42,158 nucleotides of DNA, taken from positions 1 through 42,158 of the forward strand of contig JAZOXE010000104.1 of assembly GCA_045659525.1 (NCBI GenBank), read 5' to 3'. Below the pieces are notes generated by a model. That model searched no databases. It had not been told where the DNA came from and was given only the letters and a program-made list of their open reading frames with translations. Of this stretch, positions 18,601 to 28,048 are shown one piece after another. A program made the position numbers and the translations under genes. Positions within the stretch are counted from its first letter, which is position 1. The number at the start of each line of letters is the position of its first letter. The stretch comes from Faecousia sp. (GTDB lineage Bacteria; Bacillota; Clostridia; Oscillospirales; Oscillospiraceae).

Positions 18601-19310
18601 AACATCAAGATAATACCTACCGTCCCCGTCAAGACCGTTGAAAGCATCTTGAAAGCCTTGATGCCAGCCGGGATGTCGGCATTCGCTATCGCGCCCAGAC
18701 TGGCACCCATGTTGCGGAATCCCGTGACAACTTGATTGACGGGACCGGGCAATGCCCGCAACGCATTTTCATAATGGCCCACTTCGAGAGTATATTTGCC
18801 GGTTTCCTTCTGCAACCGGCTCATTTCTTCGTATATCTCCCGTGTTTCCTTTACCAACTGCCGCCCCGCTTCCGTGCCTTCACGCTCTGCCAATGACATC
18901 TCGTTAAGACGAATTTTATTCAGCCTGTACTGTGCCGACAGCCTGTTATATGAACCTTCCTTCGAAGTGTTCAACTGCACGATAAGTTTATCAATCTGCT
19001 GTTGTTCCTTGACAGCCATGATAACCTGTTGCCGCCTGCGGTATGTTTCACTTTCCGCATCATTCGACTTCTTGTAAGATTCGGCCAGTTTCTCCGATTC
19101 CGTTGCCAGCGATGCTATCTGCTTTCGCTGTTCATCAGTAGCCCCGGAAAGGTTCTGCATACTCTTTGCCGCTTCCGCTGCCGCACCTTGAATCTTCTGT
19201 TTCGCCGTCTCATATGTCGCAATCAGTTCATCCAACTGCGCAATAAGGTTCGTAATCGAATTATCCGGCTTGATAAGGTCGCTGTATAATATCGGGTTCG
19301 GATTATCCAT
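15693..19310 (-). CDS. Tail tape measure protein
   Basis: 1205 aa, helical and Ala-rich; LGRTTEYTASEV and NAGFDASSAATATRN TP901-type core. Confidence 0.93.
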   Translation of the reverse strand: MDNPNPILYSDLIKPDNSITNLIAQLDELIATYETAKQKIQGAAAEAAKSMQNLSGATDEQRKQIASLATESEKLAESYKKSNDAESETYRRRQQVIMAVKEQQQIDKLIVQLNTSKEGSYNRLSAQYRLNKIRLNEMSLAEREGTEAGRQLVKETREIYEEMSRLQKETGKYTLEVGHYENALRALPGPVNQVVTGFRNMGASLGAIANADIPAGIKAFKMLSTVLTGTVGIILMFVRSLTGSARTLREFEQANANLSTILGVTRDEMKSLTDSALMLGRTTEYTASEVTKLQTELAKLGFGRGSIIAMQKSVLQFATAVGADLAEAAAVAGSTLRAFNLTSADTEDALATLAVATNKSALSFSRIQTSMGTVFPVAQAFGISLKDTVSLLGALANAGFDASSAATATRNILLKMADANGKLAKSLGGPVKSFDDIIDGMIQLRKSGIDLNEALELTDKRSVAAFSALLSGAESARQLRGELENVSGELQRIEEERLNTVEGSTKLLKSAWEGLTLAFQQSNGTIKDTIDWLTKLVGEIQMLLFPVETFVSESANEYSQKFQEYYAKNGAEAAKAYMDEYVKMLEAEGKKAEKAQKQDAVLNRWLGIGPAQKAVKNTEMLLKAAQQAANVVLTQIENDAAEAEAQAARAAEQANEDAKRKNEELTKEQKKAIEAAKKQRLADRKAVVESINLEIAVTEAGTEKMLQLRQDKINAERQVELEENRQKVTSERQDEAAINAKYDRALLDEEKKFNDEVAKLTVQRLQAEQQAIQLEIAITENGTEEMLQLRLANIEKQRQIEIEQNKQKTEELRQSETAINAKYDAMVLKENANFSTKLAQRDLAAAQDLAAAEFNLLDRNERQKTIFRLEQEKARLEAVLKLNETATEKMTDDEINAIKKTIEGIEKEIGRTGYSNIWEVMGLNISSDQQDALTTAIDSVKDFISSLVDSWNDAAEAAVNAANSQVEAAQKALDAEIEARNAGYANEVATAQKELALAKRNQEQALKEKQKAQKAQLALDSVTQASSLVTASANIWASLSGIPIVGPALAAAALVLMWASFAAAKIKAVQVSKQSEQYGEGTVELLEGGSHASGNDIDLGTKKDGTRRRAEGGEFFAVINRRNSRKYRKIIPDVINSLNDGTFAERYQRASESMAGYAVQMIGTDITSLEKDVAAIREQGNERQYVDANGNIIIRYRNLTRKIRN

Positions 19311-19378
19311 GTTATTTCGTTTAAATTTCCATTTTAAGACACTTTCTTTTGTCCTTTGACAAATTACCCATTCTTACA

Positions 19379-20149
19379 TCAACGGCGCACAGCGGCCTTG
19401 TTTGCGGCCTTTTTCGCCCTTTCCTGCAAAAAATCGAAAGCATTGTAAAATTCCAGCACCGTCTGCCCCTTCGGCTTGACGTGTAACTGTTCAGACAGCG
19501 CAAGACAAAGATTCTCGAACTGCCGGTCAAATTGTATCTCCACGCTGTCGCTTCCTGTGAAGGTCTGCGGATTGGCATATGTCATCAATGCCGTAGTAAG
19601 ACGTTCCACCGTGTCCGTGGACAGAGCATCCGCGACACCCCCGGCGATGTTCTTCAATATCTCAATCGCTCTTTTCTTGACTATGTCGTAATACTCTTTC
19701 ACGCTGGAATCGTTGAACAATGCCGGAAAATATATCAAGAGTTCAGAATCTATTTTTTTTTTGACCGCATCACTTGATGCAGTCAGTTCACCGATTGGCG
19801 TGTCGGAAAACAGTTGAACGACACGCGCCATCCCTTCATCCGTGCATGGTATATCCTCCCCGTCCACCTTCGTAACAAGAGCCGAAAATGCCCTGTGCTT
19901 CGGGTTGATGTCATTCTGTATCATATACACGCATTGCCGGAGATTCTCCAACTCTTTCTGTGCCTGTTCCGTCTTGCCTGCCATCAAGAAACGCCGTGCC
20001 TTTTCCATCCTCTGGTCGAAGGCCGCAATGTCAGAGCCGACACCGGCATCGACAAGCAGCATTTTCTGATACCGATGGAACCGCACAACGGGCAGTTCAT
20101 CAATGGAATCGTAGATTTCAACCGTATGTCTTCCGATAGTCGTTACCAT
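19379..20149 (-). CDS. Putative tail assembly chaperone
   Basis: Directly upstream of tape measure; central A10 run (VKKKID). Confidence 0.6.
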   Translation of the reverse strand: MVTTIGRHTVEIYDSIDELPVVRFHRYQKMLLVDAGVGSDIAAFDQRMEKARRFLMAGKTEQAQKELENLRQCVYMIQNDINPKHRAFSALVTKVDGEDIPCTDEGMARVVQLFSDTPIGELTASSDAVKKKIDSELLIYFPALFNDSSVKEYYDIVKKRAIEILKNIAGGVADALSTDTVERLTTALMTYANPQTFTGSDSVEIQFDRQFENLCLALSEQLHVKPKGQTVLEFYNAFDFLQERAKKAANKAAVRR

Positions 20150-20394
20150 AGTTTCACCGTTATCACTGTCGCAAAGAACGGCACGAATGCCAGATTGACA
20201 TCGCCCGTCATTACTGCCAAAGTTACGGAAATAATCACGCACATCCACCATGACATGCAGAACTGACACGTAAACATTTTATACAATGTTTCGCTCGGTG
20301 CATGGACTTGCAGCCATTCAATCACGCCCCATTTATTGAGCAATGCCAGCACAAACGCCGCCAGCAATGCAATTATGATTATCGCCTGTATCAT
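20143..20394 (-). CDS. Small membrane protein with CxxC
   Basis: Hydrophobic; CQFCMSWW; ATGA overlap with upstream gene. Confidence 0.7.
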   Translation of the reverse strand: MIQAIIIIALLAAFVLALLNKWGVIEWLQVHAPSETLYKMFTCQFCMSWWMCVIISVTLAVMTGDVNLAFVPFFATVITVKLW

Positions 20395-20978
20395 TCCGCC
20401 AAACATAATTCATCATAGATTAACAACCCTTCAAAACGCATCCCGCAATACGGGTGCATCAGATATTGATTGTCTATTTCAGACAGCGTATATCCCCGGT
20501 ATATGTTTTCCGCCCTTTCATATATCCGGTTAATAACAACCCTTCCTTCTGTCAGATGCCAGCCGTTGCGACCTCCAAGCAAACGCAATACCTTTGCTTT
20601 CAGATATTCCGTGTTCCGGTTCGTGGCTGTACCATATACCCGTGTAAGGTCAAGCCATATGATAATCGAAAACGGGGCTTTTATCTGCCTTGCCCATGTC
20701 CCGGCATCAACCGTCTGCGGGTCCTCCACCTCAAAAAAAGCGAAATTGCCAATCCTGCTGTCCGGGCTTACTTCGATATAGTCATTGTCGCCATGACCGT
20801 TCCAGCCGCCGCAATAGACCGATGGATAAATGATTTTCTTGCCGTTGATGGATTTCGTCAATCGCTGCGCCCTGCCGAATGCCACATCCAGCCATGACAG
20901 CGTTTCCAACCCTTCCTGTATCTCCCCGATTACACGGTCCAGCATGACCGCATCCGGGATTATCGGTGCATTAGACAT
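20391..20978 (-). CDS. Putative tail terminator/completion protein
   Basis: Position and size. Confidence 0.55.
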   Translation of the reverse strand: MSNAPIIPDAVMLDRVIGEIQEGLETLSWLDVAFGRAQRLTKSINGKKIIYPSVYCGGWNGHGDNDYIEVSPDSRIGNFAFFEVEDPQTVDAGTWARQIKAPFSIIIWLDLTRVYGTATNRNTEYLKAKVLRLLGGRNGWHLTEGRVVINRIYERAENIYRGYTLSEIDNQYLMHPYCGMRFEGLLIYDELCLAE

Positions 20979-21474
20979 ATAGATTATCTTTTACGATGTT
21001 CAACAATTCTTCATATCCGCCACGCTGGATGAATATCTCGTTCCAGTAAGCCCACATCAGACCAAAAGACCGCAAGCCATATTTCGCCACAATCTCCTTT
21101 GCATATAACGTCTTTCCCACCACGGCCACAGTGCGCACATCAAACTGCACGCCCAGTTCGGAATGAAACTTGCCGTTGATATACAGGTTCGGAGCATCCG
21201 GATTCCTGTTCACTGAATAAGGATATGACAGACCTTCTTTCCATACGGAATATCTCTTTGCCGATTCCTTGCTCTTGAAATATCCCTTCGGTTTGATATC
21301 CTCGGAATAATATGGCCGCATATCCTCGCCGCTTGACGAAAGACCTTGAAGCAACTGCCGCCGTTGCAGTTCCAGAATGTCCGCTTCCCGTCCGGTCACA
21401 ACATCCCGGACGAAACCATCCATTCCGTCATTCACCCTCTGCACGCGGTCGCGCAAGTCGCTTAATATGCTCAT
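20971..21474 (-). CDS. Putative neck/tail-completion protein
   Basis: PNLYINGKFH motif; position. Confidence 0.55.
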   Translation of the reverse strand: MSILSDLRDRVQRVNDGMDGFVRDVVTGREADILELQRRQLLQGLSSSGEDMRPYYSEDIKPKGYFKSKESAKRYSVWKEGLSYPYSVNRNPDAPNLYINGKFHSELGVQFDVRTVAVVGKTLYAKEIVAKYGLRSFGLMWAYWNEIFIQRGGYEELLNIVKDNLYV

Positions 21475-22775
21475 ACTGTACGATATTTAACACCGTGATT
21501 GTTGCAGGACAGACAGATTCTGTCCAATCCTCTTGTGTCGAACGAAAGAGCCTTATAAGCCTGCTGCAACTCATATCCGATTCCAGATGCACGGCCTTGC
21601 GGTGCTCCGTCAATCTCATACAACAGTTCATCCCGCGTTACATTGACTTGATTCCTGTTCACTCTCACATCCGGATTCATCGCGATGGTACGCAGCACAT
21701 TTGCCGCAACCTGTTTCTGAATGACATTCGCAAAGATGTTCCGTTGCTGGATGATGAAATCCGTAAGGTCACAGCCGACAGATATCTCCACGTTCATGCC
21801 GTAGTTCATCGTATTAGTGTAACCTATCTTTGCGATATCAAACATTTCCGGATAATCATGGAAATCCAGCGGGGCATGGATGCGGAACGGTGACACCTGC
21901 AAATATTTTGTCAGTTGCCGCCATGATTCAATGCTGCCGCCCAGACACGTCTGGCACGGCTCAACGCTCCAATCCTTCGACACGTTCAAAGCCCGCATAC
22001 CTTTCGGCAGTTCATTCTGATTATAGCAGAGAAACCACGCACCGCCACTGTCATTGCCATCGGCAATATACGGCAGATATACCGGCTCCGTTGGTGTGAA
22101 CCACTGGAACCCGCCATTTGTGTTCGTGTAAACGAAATCCAGAATCTTCATCGGTGCCACCTGCGAAGAATGGAACAGATATATACGTACCGTCCCCGTA
22201 GCCCCGACCATCTGCAAACCGATTCTTTCAATCTGTGCCGTTACGCCCATCGCTCTGACCGGGACAATCTCAAAACCGACAATCTTACCGGCAGGCGTTA
22301 TTGTCGCAGCCAGACGTGCCGCACCATCAAAGAACGTCCGCCGTTCCAAAAGGCTTTTCGTTTCCTGTTGCAACTGCTTTATTTCGATGAAACGCTGCAC
22401 GGCCGTGTTGATGCCGTTTACCGTCATATGCCGGAGAAAATCAGACAGCATGTTATATTCCTTCCAATCCGGATTATTATCCGCCGGTTCTGAACCGACA
22501 TTGTCAATCTGTGCCTGCCATACCTTCCCGCCATGTTTCACCTTATCAGTCCTGCGGTAAAACGCATCATTTTTCCAGTTCTGATATCTGAACAGATAAT
22601 CATCCGGCATAATAGCCCGGACATTGGCCAGCGTAACCAGAGGATGCGCACCTTGAAATGTCAAGCCGCTTTCCGTGATGCACAATGAATCATCAATCTG
22701 ATTCTGCGGGTTATAATCCTGTTCCCATCCGCATACATTCAGTAAGGCGGTCTGTATCTCTTTTAAACGTATCAT
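21471..22775 (-). CDS. Putative head-tail adaptor/structural protein
   Basis: Follows capsid terminator; small W..Y...V.H.G.VW module. Confidence 0.6.
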   Translation of the reverse strand: MIRLKEIQTALLNVCGWEQDYNPQNQIDDSLCITESGLTFQGAHPLVTLANVRAIMPDDYLFRYQNWKNDAFYRRTDKVKHGGKVWQAQIDNVGSEPADNNPDWKEYNMLSDFLRHMTVNGINTAVQRFIEIKQLQQETKSLLERRTFFDGAARLAATITPAGKIVGFEIVPVRAMGVTAQIERIGLQMVGATGTVRIYLFHSSQVAPMKILDFVYTNTNGGFQWFTPTEPVYLPYIADGNDSGGAWFLCYNQNELPKGMRALNVSKDWSVEPCQTCLGGSIESWRQLTKYLQVSPFRIHAPLDFHDYPEMFDIAKIGYTNTMNYGMNVEISVGCDLTDFIIQQRNIFANVIQKQVAANVLRTIAMNPDVRVNRNQVNVTRDELLYEIDGAPQGRASGIGYELQQAYKALSFDTRGLDRICLSCNNHGVKYRTV

Positions 22776-22825
22776 AAAAGGCGTTTTCTTTACAGGTTTT
22801 TTCTTGTAAAAATACTTTATATATG

Positions 22826-22859
22826 AAAAACGGGGACGGGGCACACTGCCCGCCCCCGC
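22826..22859 (-). terminator. Intrinsic terminator after major capsid gene
   Basis: GC-rich hairpin followed by T5 on the minus strand. Confidence 0.8.
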
Positions 22860-22880
22860 TAATCAATCAAGAAAAAGGCT

Positions 22881-23996
22881 TTACGAGACAACAGTCGTAT
22901 TGACCGGGTTATCTTCGCCGTTCACAACCTCAACGGGCTGCGCGAAAGGATTGGCCGTTCCCGGGGCTGCGACTTCGACCTTGATGACCGGGTTAGCCAC
23001 CTCGGTCGGGTCGCTGTTGTACGCCACAAGGAAAGCCACATCAACGGAAAATCCGTAATATTCCTTCACATTGCAGACCATGTCGGCCGAAGCAGCACCG
23101 GCCACGCTGGACTGGTCGCCGACAGCCGTGTAATAGTGTGAACCAACAGGCAGGTCAATGTACGGAAGACGTACCACATCCCATTCATGGAAGTTCGCCA
23201 CAGTGCGATTCAACGCCTCGCGGTCCACACGGGTGAGCACACCGACATTGCCATCGGCCACGATGTAACCGGTCGCAAAGACACCTTCCTCGTTGGTGAT
23301 GTTGTTCGTGTAATGGAACACCTTGTTGTCGTATTCCATCCTCTTATTGACATCATTGTAGATGTCATGTTCCGCCATCTTGCGGACCAGAGAATCGAAA
23401 CCGGCACCACCGATGACATGCAGCATCTCCGGATAGGCGTTGGCGCGCATCATGGCGTTCATGTCAGACAGAAATTCCATACGGGCATTCCACGGAATCT
23501 GGACAGAGTTCGAAGTAACCGTATAATACAGTTGGTCTTTGAACACCTGCGATTTGTTCGCTTCAAGAGCGGCAAGAGCCTGCACATCCATAGCCGTAGC
23601 CAGAGCGCGGCAGACCTTTTCCATCTTGCGGGCGAAGTCATGCTCGTAGGAAATCTCATTGTTGCGGTACAACTGCGGCACCATCGTGAAACCGACAGCA
23701 AGCGTAACCCAGTTCACGGTGTAGAGTGCCGAGGTGTTTTCATCGTCTGCGATAACGCAGGAACGGACGTTCGCCACGGTCACATCTCCATCATAGTCAA
23801 TGACGGGCACCTGCACAGTGTTGCCGATGCTCTCAAAAGCACGGTCACGCAGATTCGGGTTGATAATCGAATTGGCCGCATTGGTCTGCTCAATGAAGAA
23901 ATCCAGTGCGCCATATTCCAGAGGGCGCGCCATGTTACGGTCAAATGCCGGGTTTTCGACACGCCAATTCTGCAATCTTGTTGCAATAAGTGACAT
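22881..23996 (-). CDS. Major capsid protein
   Basis: 371 aa after scaffold and followed by a terminator; SIGNTVQVPVIDYD resembles Bacteroides siphophage capsids (recall). Confidence 0.85.
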   Translation of the reverse strand: MSLIATRLQNWRVENPAFDRNMARPLEYGALDFFIEQTNAANSIINPNLRDRAFESIGNTVQVPVIDYDGDVTVANVRSCVIADDENTSALYTVNWVTLAVGFTMVPQLYRNNEISYEHDFARKMEKVCRALATAMDVQALAALEANKSQVFKDQLYYTVTSNSVQIPWNARMEFLSDMNAMMRANAYPEMLHVIGGAGFDSLVRKMAEHDIYNDVNKRMEYDNKVFHYTNNITNEEGVFATGYIVADGNVGVLTRVDREALNRTVANFHEWDVVRLPYIDLPVGSHYYTAVGDQSSVAGAASADMVCNVKEYYGFSVDVAFLVAYNSDPTEVANPVIKVEVAAPGTANPFAQPVEVVNGEDNPVNTTVVS

Positions 23997-24050
23997 AGTT
24001 CTTTAAGATTTTAAAAGGTTAATACTTCCGGATTCACCCTTTACCCGGCT

Positions 24051-24983
24051 TTATCGCAGCGGTAATGCCTTGATGACATCTTTGTTCGCTTTCCATGCTT
24101 CCGCCAAAGCATCGGAAAACTCCTTTGAACCGTTTATCTTGCCCTGTGCCATCAGTTGTTTGGCAATGATTTCATGCGCTTCATCCTGTGTCCGCGCACC
24201 GCTCAAATCAACTGCCGTGCCACCTTGCGGCTGTATTGACTTCGTCCCGGCTCCCGTCTGCTTCCTTCCGGTTTCAATCACGCCCATTGTTCGCAGTTCC
24301 CTTTCAATGAGTTCTGTCGCAGTATATGGACGCAGATTGTTTTCCGGATTCCGCATCGTGGAACCGTTTTCGTTGAACGCCAAAACCTTCCCGCCATTGC
24401 CATCATCAATATATTCCGGATTCATCGCCTTCACTTTCGCGATGGCCTGTTCCATGACGATAGCAGACACAGATGCCGGCAAATCCGCCTTCAGTTTGAT
24501 GCCGGACGTTGCTTTCGCAAATTCGCCGTCCAGTTTCAGACCAAACAACGCCTTTTCATGCTCTGCCTGCACATTGTCGAATTTGGATTTCAAATCCGTA
24601 TATTCCTTTGTCACGTTGGCAAGGTCGGCGGTTGCTTTGCTGAGAGCCTTTTTTGTTTCTGCATCTGCGCCACCTTCCGCAATGACCTTTTCCAGACGTG
24701 CTTTTTCCTTCGACAATTCATCCACCTGCTTGATGGCATCTCCCGCCTGTCCCTTGATTGTGCTAATTACCCGTTTCGCATAATCATATGTTTTTTCCGT
24801 TCCGTCCTTCGACATACCGGATGCAGCAAGGATATCCGCATCAAGACCGCCATATATCTCGCCCGTTTTCTGGCCGATAACGGCTGATTCATCATTGCGC
24901 GACATCTCCAATACCGCATTCATCTGTTCTTCCGACAGCCCGGCTGTCTGTGTATTTGCCTTTAACAGTTCAATAGTAAGCAT
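24051..24983 (-). CDS. Capsid scaffolding protein
   Basis: Coiled coil, C-terminal GAGT linker, upstream of capsid. Confidence 0.75.
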   Translation of the reverse strand: MLTIELLKANTQTAGLSEEQMNAVLEMSRNDESAVIGQKTGEIYGGLDADILAASGMSKDGTEKTYDYAKRVISTIKGQAGDAIKQVDELSKEKARLEKVIAEGGADAETKKALSKATADLANVTKEYTDLKSKFDNVQAEHEKALFGLKLDGEFAKATSGIKLKADLPASVSAIVMEQAIAKVKAMNPEYIDDGNGGKVLAFNENGSTMRNPENNLRPYTATELIERELRTMGVIETGRKQTGAGTKSIQPQGGTAVDLSGARTQDEAHEIIAKQLMAQGKINGSKEFSDALAEAWKANKDVIKALPLR

Positions 24984-25015
24984 AATCCTTCCCCTTTGAA
25001 TTATATTAATTAAAT

Positions 25016-25432
25016 TTATTCTTCTTTCGCCTTCCGTGTTTTCTTCTGCCCTTCTTTCTGTGCTTCCAGAGCCTTCGCCACAGCCGCAGCCACAGCCGCA
25101 TCAAATCGTTCCTGTTCAGCCTTCGCCCTTGCTTCCGCCCGTGCCTTCGCATTGGCGGCGGCTTCCGCTTGATGCTTTTTCAGCCATTCATTCGGGTCAT
25201 GCAGGACAATGATGTTATAACCCTGCTGTATCAGTCTGTCACGTACAACACGTTCAAACATCTTTCTTCCGAATTTCTGCACTCGCGGGCTGCTTATGCG
25301 CTTGCCCGTTTTCTGGTCGAATTGTGTCACCTCAATAACACAATGGTAATCCTTTTCTTCCCCCTTCGGGACAATGTAATTGTCTGCCGTAAGGTTTTCA
25401 ATCGCTGTGTCGCGTCCGTCTTTTGTTATCAT
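25016..25432 (-). CDS. Hypothetical head-module protein
   Basis: 138 aa with Ala/Lys-rich tail. Confidence 0.7.
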   Translation of the reverse strand: MITKDGRDTAIENLTADNYIVPKGEEKDYHCVIEVTQFDQKTGKRISSPRVQKFGRKMFERVVRDRLIQQGYNIIVLHDPNEWLKKHQAEAAANAKARAEARAKAEQERFDAAVAAAVAKALEAQKEGQKKTRKAKEE

Positions 25433-25438
25433 ATGTTT

Positions 25439-27172
25439 TTATTGTTTAGCGGCCTGTTCCACGGCATAACGCCGGAATTCGGCCATGATTGTATCTATCT
25501 TCCTTTGATAAGAGATATCCGCGCCAAAAGCAACGATATTCATGTTCTCCCGCTCGAATCTGCGTACATAGTTCGGGAAGTTCAGTTTAATGCGCAAATC
25601 CGTATCATCAATCAGATTCTTTGCATACATGTCCGCAACTTCCTGTCTTGACATATGCCGTAGCGGTTCTAAGTCAGAAAGCAACATCATCCGGCGAAGT
25701 TGCATCGGGTCATTCCTGTATTCCGTCTGCAAAATCTGGTCTTGCATCATGTCCAGTTCCGCTTCCGAAGCACCGCTTTCCTTTGCTGCCTTGTATCTCT
25801 GCCGCAATTCATCCGCGCTATACAGGTAGAATTCCGTCCCGTAGTTGATTTTCGCAGCCACGAAATAACCGCCATATCTCAACCTGCATATCGTTTCGTC
25901 AACCCACTGTTGCGCCGCTTCAAAGCCCTTTTTAACCCTGTTCAGAACGGTCGTTACGGATTCAAAGTTTGCCCGTACCTGTTGTTCGTTGAACGCATCG
26001 CGGTCTGTCACTATCTCATCCTGTCCGACAACAGCCGTTATGATTTCTTCGCGCAATCTCTTCTGTTCAGCGACATTGTAATCCAGCGAATTCCTGTCCA
26101 CGGCAAGCATCTGGACGGGATTGCGCATGTCGGGCTGTCCTTCATTCTCATTCGGTACAGGTATTTCGACAAACGAGCCAGCCCCTATAATGCGTTTGTT
26201 GCCACATTTCGGGCACCGCATCAACAGCCCGGCCATGTCCAGTTTATAATGCCCCTGCTTGTTGCGCAGGAATCCGCCATCGCAATAATCCCCGTTTTCC
26301 GCATTGCTGAAATCGCAACTTTGCTCGTAGCCGGACAAAATAGGATATGCGCCCATCAAATCCAATTGCCGTTTCGAGATATGGAAGAATTCGAACCAAT
26401 CCAGCGATTCAAGTTCCTTCGACAGCGGGCTTGCCTTGACATCCGGCTCATCCAGCGAAATCGGTTCTGTCCAGAAAAAACGCGCCGGACAATATCCCAA
26501 ATCGTGCAAGGCTTCAACTTCCGGCATTCCGTTGATTGTTCCCGTATGTTTGCGGTCGTTCCAGACACGATAAGAAGTATCATCTATTACGACAATATCA
26601 TCCTTTCGCCGGAAAACGATGAAATCCATCTGTCCGGTCGTTGCATCTGCCTTGTACGTTATGACATCTTCAATCGGCAACCAGTAGAAATACGGTTCCG
26701 GCCATTCTGTCTTTTGCTCCCTTTCGACATCAACAATCAGAACGGAATTTATTTCTGATTTGAAGAAATCCCATCCCTTCGTTGCCCACACGTCCGGTTC
26801 ATTCAACTTATGCAGACGGTAATCCTCCCAATCATCGCGCTGTTCCGGCGTGGCGAAAGTATAATTGAAAACCGGATTCCTGCCACCGAATATTCTGGAA
26901 AGTTTGTCAAAACAGATATCCGTTATCTCGTTCGTCTTGACCGGATAACGGAACAGGGCCTTGAACAATACGAATTTGTCATGCGGCAGAATATTTTCCA
27001 CCATTGCCAGAAATTCCGTCAATGGAATGGAGATATATGGCGAATTGAAGGTCGTAACACGCTTTACCGTGTGAAACTTCAGCCGCATCTGGTGAAGTTT
27101 CGCACGGCTCAACGTTGCGGCCTTCTTATTTGCCGCTATCTCTTTTCTTATCCTTGCGATATCGTAACCCAT
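25439..27172 (-). CDS. Portal protein
   Basis: ~577 aa, helical C-terminus, position before scaffold and capsid; internal CPKC. Confidence 0.75.
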   Translation of the reverse strand: MGYDIARIRKEIAANKKAATLSRAKLHQMRLKFHTVKRVTTFNSPYISIPLTEFLAMVENILPHDKFVLFKALFRYPVKTNEITDICFDKLSRIFGGRNPVFNYTFATPEQRDDWEDYRLHKLNEPDVWATKGWDFFKSEINSVLIVDVEREQKTEWPEPYFYWLPIEDVITYKADATTGQMDFIVFRRKDDIVVIDDTSYRVWNDRKHTGTINGMPEVEALHDLGYCPARFFWTEPISLDEPDVKASPLSKELESLDWFEFFHISKRQLDLMGAYPILSGYEQSCDFSNAENGDYCDGGFLRNKQGHYKLDMAGLLMRCPKCGNKRIIGAGSFVEIPVPNENEGQPDMRNPVQMLAVDRNSLDYNVAEQKRLREEIITAVVGQDEIVTDRDAFNEQQVRANFESVTTVLNRVKKGFEAAQQWVDETICRLRYGGYFVAAKINYGTEFYLYSADELRQRYKAAKESGASEAELDMMQDQILQTEYRNDPMQLRRMMLLSDLEPLRHMSRQEVADMYAKNLIDDTDLRIKLNFPNYVRRFERENMNIVAFGADISYQRKIDTIMAEFRRYAVEQAAKQ

Positions 27173-27317
27173 TGTCCACCCATTCGTATTGCGAATTTGC
27201 AGGCAGTTGCCATCCGCCGTTGTGCGGCATCCGCAACAGCCTTTCCGCGTGTTCCAAATCAAATGCTCGGCACACGCCGTTTGCCACAAGCGTCACCGGC
27301 GTTGTCTTTGCATTCAT
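27126..27317 (-). CDS. Hypothetical protein
   Basis: 63 aa, coupled to upstream stop. Confidence 0.65.
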   Translation of the reverse strand: MNAKTTPVTLVANGVCRAFDLEHAERLLRMPHNGGWQLPANSQYEWVDNGLRYRKDKKRDSGK

Positions 27318-27979
27318 TACGAAGCGGGGACTAAATCGGTCAGAGGATTAAAATCGCTCGGAGTAAGGATAACCAGTTCATCCGAATAGTTATCCGGATA
27401 GTACCATGTGATAACGTTGCTGTCCTTCGCATCAAAGTTGCCGTGAATCAGCGAACCGATGAACAGGCTGCGAATCGGAATCGGTCTGTAGGTGATGACT
27501 GGTGTCGAATCATTGGAAGTTTTCTTGATGCACTGGATTTTGCCGTTTTCATCGAACAGGAAAACACCCAGATTGCCGACATTGGCCTCACACATCAAAG
27601 GTTTCATCGCCTTGATGATTTCCTGCGGTACGCTACGGAGCGAACCGGTAAACTGCACGGGTTCACCGCCCAGAACTTCCGGCACACCTCCCAAATCATC
27701 ATTTCCGCCGGATGTCATTCGTGCATCTCCACCGCTGTCGGCAGGTGCATTGATGTAAGGCGATACGACAACCTTCGTTCCCGCACTGGCAGACATCAGC
27801 GCAGTCCATGATGCTTTAAGCAGGATGGATGCAGATGTCGTAAATTCGTTGATAGTTCCGTCCGCCTGTGCAAGACGCTGGAATGCGACCTTCTGAATCT
27901 GGCCGAAGTTTTCCGGGCACGTTACGGCAGGGATTGTTTGCAATGCTTGCGCGGCCGGACACTGACAAATAAGACTCAT
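27317..27979 (-). CDS. Probable major tail tube protein
   Basis: 220 aa, N-terminal Cys residues, FGQIQKVAFQR, beta-rich. Confidence 0.6.
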   Translation of the reverse strand: MSLICQCPAAQALQTIPAVTCPENFGQIQKVAFQRLAQADGTINEFTTSASILLKASWTALMSASAGTKVVVSPYINAPADSGGDARMTSGGNDDLGGVPEVLGGEPVQFTGSLRSVPQEIIKAMKPLMCEANVGNLGVFLFDENGKIQCIKKTSNDSTPVITYRPIPIRSLFIGSLIHGNFDAKDSNVITWYYPDNYSDELVILTPSDFNPLTDLVPAS

Positions 27980-28012
27980 AATAGATAAGTTAAGAGATTG
28001 TTATTTTATTTA

Positions 28013-28048
28013 CGGCTGTCCCTTTGCCGCGTTTACTTCGCAAATATA
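28013..28048 (-). promoter_or_regulatory. Putative late promoter (-7 box TATATTTG) and AAAGGG-loop hairpin
   Basis: TATATTTG at 28041-28048; CGGC-AAAGGGACA-GCCG at 28013-28029. Confidence 0.6.
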
